14,160 nt of DNA from Rhodothermales bacterium. GTDB taxonomy: Bacteria; Bacteroidota; Rhodothermia; Rhodothermales; Bin80. Positions 7,631 to 14,160 of this stretch are shown piece by piece. Position 1 is the stretch's first letter. Every line of letters starts with the position of its first letter. The notes below the pieces were generated by a model. It was given only the letters and a program-made list of their open reading frames with translations, was not told where the DNA came from and ran no database searches. Made by a program: the position numbers and the translations under genes. The stretch lies in NCBI GenBank assembly GCA_012271205.1, contig JAAXGT010000189.1, positions 1 through 14,160 on the forward strand. Reading direction: 5' to 3'.

Positions 7631-8254
7631 ATGTCGTCATTGGCCATTGTAGCGCCCCATTGCACAACGTCGCGGCTGCAGAGATACGCTTTGAAATCGC
7701 CGACGGATGAATTGCTGGTCACGCGTGCCAAAGAAGGTGACCGTAACGCGTTCCGGATGCTGGTGGTGCGACATCAGCAGGGTATTGCCCGTACGGTTGC
7801 CAGTATGCTGGGCCCTGTCGTGGAGGTGGATGATGTGGTACAGGAAGTCTTTATACGGTTTTACCAAACGCTTGCGCGATTTCGCGGGGATGCCGCATGC
7901 AGAACGTACCTCAAACGAATTGCCATCAACCTGTCACTGGACACACTACGGCGACGCAAACGGCTCGCAAGTCGCTTTGTGAGCCGGGACAATGAAAGCA
8001 TGTATGTGCCGGAAGCGAGAGACGAGAGTGCCGATCCGGAAGGGTTTGACCGCAGGCGTCTTTTGGAGCAGGCGCTCGCATCGTTGCGTCCGCATCACCG
8101 CGCCGTCGTGGTGTTGCGCCTGATTGACGGCTACTCCACCAAAGAGGCAGCTGAGATTCTTGGCGTGCCCTCCGGTACTGTGCTCTCGAGACTCAGCCGG
8201 GCCGTACAACATTTGCGATCGATTCTAGGACCGATTCTGGAGTATGAGGCGTAA
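7631..8254 (+). CDS. ECF-family RNA polymerase sigma factor (sigma-70 regions 2 and 4)
   Basis: Region 2 is DELLVTRAKEGDRNAFRMLVVRHQQGIARTVASML...VQEVFIRFYQ. The region-4 HTH is LRLIDGYSTKEAAEILGVPSGTVLSRLSRA. The start is ambiguous. The ORF track uses TTG at 7586, I annotate the only ATG at 7631, and TTG at 7691 would give the usual short N-terminus (MKSPTDELLV). Confidence 0.85.
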   Translation: MSSLAIVAPHCTTSRLQRYALKSPTDELLVTRAKEGDRNAFRMLVVRHQQGIARTVASMLGPVVEVDDVVQEVFIRFYQTLARFRGDAACRTYLKRIAINLSLDTLRRRKRLASRFVSRDNESMYVPEARDESADPEGFDRRRLLEQALASLRPHHRAVVVLRLIDGYSTKEAAEILGVPSGTVLSRLSRAVQHLRSILGPILEYEA

Positions 8255-8274
8255 TATTGAATACTGAAACAATC

Positions 8275-8646
8275 ATGAAACAGGTTACCATGCATCGACT
8301 CGAGGCCACACCGCAGGACGCAGCCCTGTGCAGCCTCCTCCGAGAAAGCGCGGAAGCTTCAGCTGAGCACGCCATGCAGCCGTTTGTCGCGGACCGCGTC
8401 ATGCGGCGAATTGCCCAATTGACCCGCTCCGAAGAAGTGTTTCAGGCGGCACTATGGCGTTTTTTTCGGCCAGTCGCGCTTGCGGGCTTCATCTTAGTGC
8501 TGGCTTTTGTGGGATACAACTCCACCATAAGTCGCACTTATGAAGTGCCACCGACGACTACGGAATTGGTGCTTGGATTGCAGCCCGTAACCCTTACGAC
8601 CGCCTACAGTGCGGATTTCTACCCGATTCTGGCAGCAGGGCCATGA
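8275..8646 (+). CDS. Putative single-pass anti-sigma factor
   Basis: It begins 3-21 nt after the sigma stop (TTG at 8257 or ATG at 8275). A cytoplasmic N-domain of about 75 aa precedes one TM helix (VALAGFILVLAFVGY) and a periplasmic tail of about 40 aa. There is no HxxxCxxC zinc motif. The call rests on position and topology. Confidence 0.5.
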   Translation: MKQVTMHRLEATPQDAALCSLLRESAEASAEHAMQPFVADRVMRRIAQLTRSEEVFQAALWRFFRPVALAGFILVLAFVGYNSTISRTYEVPPTTTELVLGLQPVTLTTAYSADFYPILAAGP

Positions 8647-9062
8647 ACGCACGCTTGAAATCAGTATTGCTTCTGGTGGGCGTACTCATAGTGGGGTTAG
8701 CGCTAGGCACATTCGGGACAAGCGCACTCCAGCACAGGCGAATGGCAGCCTTGCAAGAAGCACGCAGGGAAGGCGGTCTTATGCAGCGGTTGGAACGCGT
8801 GATCGAATTTGAAAACGAGAGCCAGCGAGAGGAGATTGAAGACATTGTGCTCCGTGCGGAAACCAATTTCCGCACCATTCAGCGTTCGTGCGGGGACAGC
8901 CTCAGTGTGTACCGCGAGGCATTCTTGGCAGACCTTAAAGAGGTACTCACTCCTGACCAGCACGCACAGGTCGAAACATGGCTGCAAAGGGATCGGGAGC
9001 TTCGCTCACACCGGCGTGGGCGATCAGCTGATCCACGAACCCGGAGCCGCGAGCGCCCCTGA
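8643..9062 (+). CDS. Membrane-anchored LTXXQ/CpxP-Spy-like periplasmic protein (paralog 2)
   Basis: Its ATG overlaps the anti-sigma stop (ATGA). An N-terminal anchor (LKSVLLLVGVLIVGLALGTF) precedes a helical, Glu/Arg-rich domain with an exact LTXXQ motif (LTPDQHAQVETWLQRD) and an Arg-rich tail (RSHRRGRSADPRTRSRERP). The LTP..AQ.ET(W/Y) block is shared with the 7115 gene. Confidence 0.6.
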   Translation: MNARLKSVLLLVGVLIVGLALGTFGTSALQHRRMAALQEARREGGLMQRLERVIEFENESQREEIEDIVLRAETNFRTIQRSCGDSLSVYREAFLADLKEVLTPDQHAQVETWLQRDRELRSHRRGRSADPRTRSRERP

Positions 9063-9090
9063 TATCTATTCCTGAATCTCTATAGACTGA

Positions 9091-10368
9091 ATGACCCGAT
9101 TTCTGCTGATCACCGGCGTGGTGGTGCTCGCCGGCGCTTCCGTTTGGTACCTAAACCGGGATGGCGATGAGACCATTAGTCCTTACCGCTTTGTAACGTT
9201 GGAGCAGGGCGATCTTGAGGCAGTCGTTGCAAGTACTGGCGCGCTGGATGCTGTCACCACCGTACAGGTGGGCACCCAAGTGTCCGGAATAATCTCACAC
9301 ATCTATGTTGACTTTAATGACAAGGTACGTGCCGGCCAGATCATCGCCCGCATAGATACGACCCTGTTGCGAAGCGCTGTACGGGATGCGGAAGCTGCCG
9401 TTGAACGAAACCAGGCGCAACTTCGTCAGGCAGAGCGAGAACTCAAGAGACTGGAGAGTCTTTATGAGAAGCAATTTGTCACGGAAGTGGACTATAACCG
9501 TGCACAATACGATCTCGACATTGCCATCGCCTCTACAAAAAGTGCGGAAATCAGCTTGGAGCGCGCGCGTCAGAACATGAGTTACGCAACCATATACGCG
9601 CCGATTTCCGGTACAGTAATCGAGCGCAACGTGGATGTGGGGCAGACGGTAGCGGCCAGCTTTTCTGCGCCGCAGCTGTTTTTGATCGCGGACGACCTGT
9701 CTCGCATGGAGATCCTGGCCTCTGTGGACGAGAGTGATATCGGGCAAATAAAGCAGGGGCAGGTTGCCCGGTTTAATGTGCAGGCCTACCCCGATGAAAT
9801 CTTCTACGGGGGGGTGCGTCAGGTGCGTCTCCAGTCCACCATGGAAGAAAACGTTGTCAACTACACTGTGGTAGTGGATGTAGAGAATCCGGACGGGCGG
9901 CTGCTTCCTGGAATGACGGCCACCGTGGACTTTTTGATCGAGACCGCTTCTGACGTGCTCAAGGTTTCCAATGCGGCCATGCGGTTTCGGGCTACGCCGC
10001 GGATGTTTGAAACATTACGAGCCCAAATGGAAGCCCGGTGGGCCGCAAGCGGGGATTCCACCCGTGATGGCAGATCCGGCAGAGGAGGAGCGATCCCCAG
10101 CGGGTCCGCAAATAACAGCTTCGGCGGCGGACAGGGTTTTGGCGGCGGGGGCGACGATTTCGTCCTGATCTGGTACTTGGAAGAAGATGGCAATCTCATG
10201 ACAGTGCCGGCCCACACAGGCATTACAGACGGGCAAATGACCGAGATCATCAGCGACCGGCTCGAGCCCGGAATGCAGATTATCGCGGGTGTCACGGAGA
10301 TGGCGGAGGATGGCGTGGCCAATCCGTTTCAGAACAACCAGCGGGGCTTCCGGCCCGGCGGTTTTTAG
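9091..10368 (+). CDS. Periplasmic adaptor / membrane-fusion protein (HlyD/MacA family)
   Basis: An N-terminal TM anchor precedes a long coiled-coil hairpin (RDAEAAVERNQAQLRQAERELKRLESLYEK...SLERARQNM). A lipoyl/beta-barrel domain follows (YATIYAPISGTVIERNVDVGQTV). A Gly-rich insert (SFGGGQGFGGGGDD) lies before the C-terminal membrane-proximal domain. Confidence 0.85.
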   Translation: MTRFLLITGVVVLAGASVWYLNRDGDETISPYRFVTLEQGDLEAVVASTGALDAVTTVQVGTQVSGIISHIYVDFNDKVRAGQIIARIDTTLLRSAVRDAEAAVERNQAQLRQAERELKRLESLYEKQFVTEVDYNRAQYDLDIAIASTKSAEISLERARQNMSYATIYAPISGTVIERNVDVGQTVAASFSAPQLFLIADDLSRMEILASVDESDIGQIKQGQVARFNVQAYPDEIFYGGVRQVRLQSTMEENVVNYTVVVDVENPDGRLLPGMTATVDFLIETASDVLKVSNAAMRFRATPRMFETLRAQMEARWAASGDSTRDGRSGRGGAIPSGSANNSFGGGQGFGGGGDDFVLIWYLEEDGNLMTVPAHTGITDGQMTEIISDRLEPGMQIIAGVTEMAEDGVANPFQNNQRGFRPGGF

Positions 10369-11135
10369 TGCGGATGGACCGTAAAGTTGTGATGCGCACG
10401 GAGGGTGTGCGCAAGACTTATGTCATGGGCAAGACCCAGGTTCATGCGCTTCGGGGCATTGACCTAACCGTACACCAAGGCGAAATGCTCGCCATTGTGG
10501 GGGCCTCCGGCTCTGGCAAGTCCACGCTGATGAACATCATCGGGTGCCTCGATTACCCTACGGCAGGCACATACATCCTCGATGATGTGCGCGTGGACCG
10601 CATGTCACGCAATATGCTCGCCAATATCCGCAACCAGAAAATCGGATTTGTCTTCCAGGGATTTAATCTGCTCGCCCGCACAAGCGCGCTGGAAAACGTC
10701 GAACTCCCCCTGCTTTACGATAGATCTGGCCGCAAACTGCCAGTTCGCACGATGGCAAAAGAGGCCTTAGAGCGCGTCGGTCTGGCAGACCGCATGGACC
10801 ATGAACCCAACGAGCTGTCCGGTGGGCAGCAGCAACGCGTAGCCATTGCCCGCGCATTGGTGTCTTCGCCGGCCATTCTACTGGCGGACGAGCCTACGGG
10901 CAACTTGGACAGTCGCACCTCCGTCGAGGTCTTGGCGCTGTTCCAAGAACTGCACGCACAAGGCATGACCGTACTCGTGGTCACTCACGAGAAGGATGTG
11001 GCCACGTGTGCCGAACGCATAATTGAATTGCGAGACGGGCGCATCATTCGTGACGAAAGGATTTCCCATCGGCGCTCCGCCGCACATGATTTGCAGCTGT
11101 TGCCTGAATCTCCGGTGACCGCTGAAGCCGCCTAA
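10368..11135 (+). CDS. ABC transporter ATP-binding protein (MacB/LolD/YknY type)
   Basis: Walker A is GASGSGKST, the signature is [15 protein letters not shown], Walker B is [12 protein letters not shown] and the H-loop is VVTHE. The GTG start overlaps the adaptor stop by 1 nt. ATG at 10374 or 10392 are alternatives. Confidence 0.9.
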   Translation: MRMDRKVVMRTEGVRKTYVMGKTQVHALRGIDLTVHQGEMLAIVGASGSGKSTLMNIIGCLDYPTAGTYILDDVRVDRMSRNMLANIRNQKIGFVFQGFNLLARTSALENVELPLLYDRSGRKLPVRTMAKEALERVGLADRMDHEPNELSGGQQQRVAIARALVSSPAILLADEPTGNLDSRTSVEVLALFQELHAQGMTVLVVTHEKDVATCAERIIELRDGRIIRDERISHRRSAAHDLQLLPESPVTAEAA

Positions 11136-11150
11136 GCCGTAACCAGTGAC

Positions 11151-12368
11151 ATGAAATCTTCCACTCTGATCAAGGTCGCGTCCCAGAGCATCCTGAAGAA
11201 CAAGATGCGCACGCTTTTGACCATGCTTGGTATTGTCATTGGTGTCGGGGCCGTCATTGTAATGGTTGCCATCGGCCAGGGTGCCCACTCTCAAATTCAG
11301 AAGCAGATCAATAATCTGGGTACCAACCTGATCATAATCACCCCCGGTGCGAGCAGCCAGGGAGGGGTGAGCCGGGGTGCCCAGAGTTATAATCGGCTCA
11401 CGGTCAAGGATGTCGAGAAGATCAAGCGAGAGAGCCTGATTGTGTCCGCTGTATCGCCGGTTGTTTTTACGCGCACACAGATCATTGGCGGGCAGGGTAA
11501 CTGGCGCGCAACCGTCAACGGTGTTTCTACTGATTTCCCGATCATCCGCAACTGGGACCTGAAGTACGGGCGTTTTTTTGACCAGAGTGACGTGCGTCAG
11601 ATGCGCCGCGTAGTCGTGCTGGGTCACACCGTCGCTGAGGAACTGTTTCCGGGTGAAGATCCGGTCGGTACAACCGTACAAGTGCGCACGGTGCCGGCTG
11701 ACGTTATTGGCGTCCTTGAACCGAAGGGGCAGACTGCAGATGGAACCGACCAGGACGACGTGATCCTGATGCCCTACACCACGGTACAGACCCGGTTGAG
11801 CGGCTGGAGTCGCATCTTTCAGATTCTGGCCAGCACGCCCTCATCGCGCGACATCCCGGCTGCACAAGCCGAGATTGCCGCGATAATGCGCGAATCCCAC
11901 GGCCTATCCCAGTGGGAGGACGATGACTTTACCGTGCGCAACCAGAATGATCTGGCGGAGGCGGCGCAGGGAACTACGGAAATCATGACGTTGCTTCTGG
12001 CCGCTATTGCCTCGATTTCGCTATTGGTCGGGGGAATCGGAATTATGAACATCATGCTGGTTTCAGTAACCGAGCGCACGCGGGAAATTGGTATTCGCAT
12101 GGCCATTGGGGCGCGTGGGCGGGATGTGCTCACTCAGTTTTTGGTTGAGAGCATCGTGATGAGCGTGTTGGGGGGCATGATCGGAATCGGCATCGGTTTT
12201 GCCGGCTCTTCGGTACTGGGCCAGGTAACTGGCTGGCATACTGTGATTTCGCCGACGACCGTTATGATTGCGCTAGGTTTCTCGGCTGCTGTAGGCATCT
12301 TCTTTGGATTCTATCCGGCCCGAAAGGCCGCAGCCCTGAATCCAATTGATGCACTCCGTTACGAGTAA
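11151..12368 (+). CDS. ABC transporter permease with a MacB-like periplasmic domain plus an FtsX 4-TM domain (YknZ/MacB type)
   Basis: An N-terminal TM (LLTMLGIVIGVGAVIVMVAI) precedes a periplasmic domain of about 230 aa. The C-terminal FtsX-like block is LLAAIASISLLVGGIGIMNIMLVSVTERTREIGIRMAIGA. The start lies 15 nt after the ATPase stop. Confidence 0.85.
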   Translation: MKSSTLIKVASQSILKNKMRTLLTMLGIVIGVGAVIVMVAIGQGAHSQIQKQINNLGTNLIIITPGASSQGGVSRGAQSYNRLTVKDVEKIKRESLIVSAVSPVVFTRTQIIGGQGNWRATVNGVSTDFPIIRNWDLKYGRFFDQSDVRQMRRVVVLGHTVAEELFPGEDPVGTTVQVRTVPADVIGVLEPKGQTADGTDQDDVILMPYTTVQTRLSGWSRIFQILASTPSSRDIPAAQAEIAAIMRESHGLSQWEDDDFTVRNQNDLAEAAQGTTEIMTLLLAAIASISLLVGGIGIMNIMLVSVTERTREIGIRMAIGARGRDVLTQFLVESIVMSVLGGMIGIGIGFAGSSVLGQVTGWHTVISPTTVMIALGFSAAVGIFFGFYPARKAAALNPIDALRYE

Positions 12369-12404
12369 TGCAGCCACGATCCAAGGAGGAATTCCCACCC
12401 TCTC

Positions 12405-12432
12405 ACCCATCCACCAAGTCGGCTGGATGGGT
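12405..12432 (+). terminator. Perfect 9-bp stem hairpin after the exporter operon
   Basis: ACCCATCCA-N10-TGGATGGGT lies 37 nt after the permease stop. No strong T-tract follows (TACAAAGCTGG). Confidence 0.4.
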
Positions 12433-12540
12433 TACAAAGCTGGTGATTCTGAAAGAGGAAATCATTGTGGCGTTGAAGTTCTTATCCGTTCCACACCTCG
12501 AGTATCGTGAGGCCCGCATTGCATGGTTGCAGGCGATCAT

Positions 12541-12972
12541 ATGAACACGTCGGCGATGGTCCGCGTGCTGGTCTTGGCCATCCTAATTTTCAGTATGATT
12601 GGTACTGGAGCAGAACTCGCACTGCTGGGTCACTATGAAGACTTTTGGCAATGGGCCCCGATCGTGTTGCTTTTCTTTGGATTCGTCGCAACCGTTTGGA
12701 ACGCTGCCAGCCCATCACGTGCCGGAAGGCGCACTCTGTTTGCTGTGATGTCCTTGTTCGTGGTTGCGGGCCTAGTTGGTCTTGGACTTCACTTTAATGG
12801 CAATCTCGAATTCGAACGTGAAATGTACCCGAGTCTGGCTGGATGGCCTCTGATTTGGAAAGCGCTGCGAGGCGCCACCCCGGCCCTTGCGCCGGGGACC
12901 ATGGTCTATATCGGACTGTTGGGCCTGCTTGCCTGGTACATTTCTCCATCCCAAACCTCCACACCATCATGA
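12541..12972 (+). CDS. Small integral membrane protein of unknown function, about 4 TM helices
   Basis: Four hydrophobic segments are present (VLVLAILIFSMIGTGAELALL; WAPIVLLFFGFVATVW; LFAVMSLFVVAGLVGLGL; MVYIGLLGLLAWYI). The start is ATG at 12541, or ATG at 12523 as in the ORF track. Its stop overlaps the next gene's ATG (ATGA at 12969-12972). Confidence 0.5.
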   Translation: MNTSAMVRVLVLAILIFSMIGTGAELALLGHYEDFWQWAPIVLLFFGFVATVWNAASPSRAGRRTLFAVMSLFVVAGLVGLGLHFNGNLEFEREMYPSLAGWPLIWKALRGATPALAPGTMVYIGLLGLLAWYISPSQTSTPS

Positions 12973-13616
12973 AATCGTTTACGTCCTTGCTCTTGACCGC
13001 ATTGCTCTTTGCGGGTGTCAGTGTGTGCTTTCAGCCTGATGCCTATGCCCAAGACACGGAAGCGGAAAGCGCCAATCTTGTGAATCCGAATCTGGCCACG
13101 GCAGACGAACTCAGTGCCGCGCTGGAAAACGAAGATTTATCCGCTGCCTTGATGGGGCAGCGCCCTTTCCTAAGCCTGACAACCTTGCATGCTGCGCTGG
13201 CCGAAGCCTTGGGAGCGGAAGGTACAGAGGGAGCCTTGAGCAAGATCACCGTACGAATTAATCTGAATACAGCTTCGCGCGAGGAGATTCTTCTGATTCC
13301 AGGGGTGGGTAACCGGATGGCGCATGAATTCGAAGAGTACCGGCCCTATGTGGCCATGGCCCAATTCCGGCGCGAGATTGGCAAGTATGTCGATGACGAC
13401 GAAGTCGATCGTCTGGCAGCCTACGTGTTTGTGCCGGCAAACCTGAACAGCGCCACAGACGAGGAGATTCTTGCGATCCCGGGTGTGGGACGCCGGATGC
13501 TTCACGAGTTCAAGGAGTATCGGCCCTATGTGGATATCGCCCAGTTCCGGCGCGAAATCGGCAAGTATGTTGATGACGATGAACTAGCGCGTCTTGAGCG
13601 CTTCGTTACGCTGTAA
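12969..13616 (+). CDS. Secreted/periplasmic protein with tandem ComEA-like helix-hairpin-helix modules
   Basis: The internal ATG at 12969 gives the signal peptide MKSFTSLLLTALLFAGVSVCFQPDAYA-QD. The upstream part of the 12843 ORF overlaps the previous gene out of frame. Two repeats of about 61 aa match the ComEA HhH pattern (INLNTASREEILLIPGVGNRMAHEFEEYRPYV... and NLNSATDEEILAIPGVGRRMLHEFKEYRPYV...). A third, degenerate copy lies N-terminal to them (NPNLATADELSAAL). Confidence 0.65.
   Translation: MKSFTSLLLTALLFAGVSVCFQPDAYAQDTEAESANLVNPNLATADELSAALENEDLSAALMGQRPFLSLTTLHAALAEALGAEGTEGALSKITVRINLNTASREEILLIPGVGNRMAHEFEEYRPYVAMAQFRREIGKYVDDDEVDRLAAYVFVPANLNSATDEEILAIPGVGRRMLHEFKEYRPYVDIAQFRREIGKYVDDDELARLERFVTL
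13258..13616 (+). repeat. Intragenic tandem duplication of the HhH module, period 183 nt and visible at DNA level
   Basis: Segments 13258-13440 and 13441-13616 share long identical runs (gaggagattctt, cggccctatgtgg, ttccggcgcga, ggcaagtatgt, gatgacga) in the same order and phase. Confidence 0.7.
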
Positions 13617-13722
13617 TCGTGCTCACATTTATCGCGCGTGAATTGCATTGCCTCACACATCCGGTGTACTACCAAGAAACTGTCTCGCCCATCGGAAGGC
13701 CGCCTCAACGAGCCGGCATAGT

Positions 13723-14034
13723 TTAGCCGGACCTCGGGCAATCCTCGCCCAAAGTACGACAGATATCTTGTTCTCGCACTCCAGGAATTATCCGTACGGG
13801 TATGCGAGGATATCGTTGCTCGTATTCGACACGGCTCCGAATCGATGTCCATGACAGAATATCTGGATAGACTATCTTCTTTCTTATCCTCTCCGGGGCT
13901 ACGATGAAGTCCGAAATCCCAGGCAGATTAACAACCAGAATGCCGGATTTCTTGTTGACTATGCCGTCGAACATGCTCGAGTAGATTTCTCCATCGACAT
14001 GCTTTCTGTTCCTCGTGTCTTGGCCGACAAACAC
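13723..14034 (-). CDS. Hypothetical ORF in the low-GC tail region, possibly spurious or a degraded foreign gene
   Basis: 103-codon ORF with a GTG start. It uses AGA, AGG and ATA codons heavily, unlike the other genes in the window. No recognisable motif or signal peptide is present. Confidence 0.2.
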   Translation of the reverse strand: MFVGQDTRNRKHVDGEIYSSMFDGIVNKKSGILVVNLPGISDFIVAPERIRKKIVYPDILSWTSIRSRVEYEQRYPRIPVRIIPGVREQDICRTLGEDCPRSG

Positions 14035-14160
14035 TCATTACATTGGTGTATTGTATTCTGGAAGACTTTTGGGGTGCAGAATAACCGCTCCAATTCTTGT
14101 CCAGAATAGCGGATACCGCCCCTGCTCATAAACCGGCACAGCGGGCCACTGTCGCGGCCC

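Noticed and set aside
8275-8646. Zinc-binding (HxxxCxxC) anti-sigma signature
   Set aside because: Only one His and one Cys are in range (MHRLEATPQDAALC) and there is no second Cys. The anti-sigma call therefore rests on context and topology only.
12457-12490. Shared TCTTATC(C)GT motif with nearby GGAAT/GGAAAT upstream of both the 7115 gene and the 12541 gene, a possible common ECF promoter
   Set aside because: A 7-mer match is expected by chance at this window size, and the spacing to the GGAA element differs (11 versus 17 nt), so co-regulation is not supported.
1-14160. Search for tRNA, tmRNA, RNase P RNA and SRP RNA signatures, CRISPR repeats, and IS elements or transposase and integrase genes
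   Set aside because: No T-loop GGTTCGAATCC-type motif, no tmRNA or RNase P conserved blocks, no regularly spaced direct repeats and no terminal inverted repeats flanking a transposase-like ORF were seen on either strand.

Overview
High-GC bacterial chromosomal segment with tightly packed genes and short AT-rich intergenic islands. Many predicted proteins are Asp/Glu-rich. From this I infer a halophilic or thermophilic Bacteroidota/Rhodothermota-like organism, but this is inference, not a demonstrated placement. Reading left to right, the minus strand carries a flotillin (SPFH) gene and its NfeD partner, then glnK and amtB (a nitrogen-uptake pair), then an AT-rich promoter island, a signal-peptide beta-rich (outer-membrane-like) protein, and a 6-phosphofructokinase with pyrophosphate-type active-site residues. 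From about 7.0 kb the plus strand carries a co-directional block of seven genes. A small periplasmic LTXXQ (CpxP/Spy-like) protein comes first, followed by an ECF sigma factor and a single-pass anti-sigma factor. Next is a second, membrane-anchored LTXXQ paralog. The block ends with a membrane-fusion protein, an ABC ATPase and an FtsX-type permease, a MacAB/YknXYZ-type exporter. This block looks like an ECF-controlled envelope-stress and efflux module and is the most interesting system here. Downstream lies a small 4-TM membrane protein that is translationally coupled to a signal-peptide protein built from tandem ComEA-like helix-hairpin-helix modules. The duplication of these modules is still visible at nucleotide level. 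The final ~540 bp are lower in GC by eye and hold only a weak ORF with atypical codon usage. No rRNA, tRNA, CRISPR array or recognisable transposase was found. Several hairpins sit where terminators are expected.
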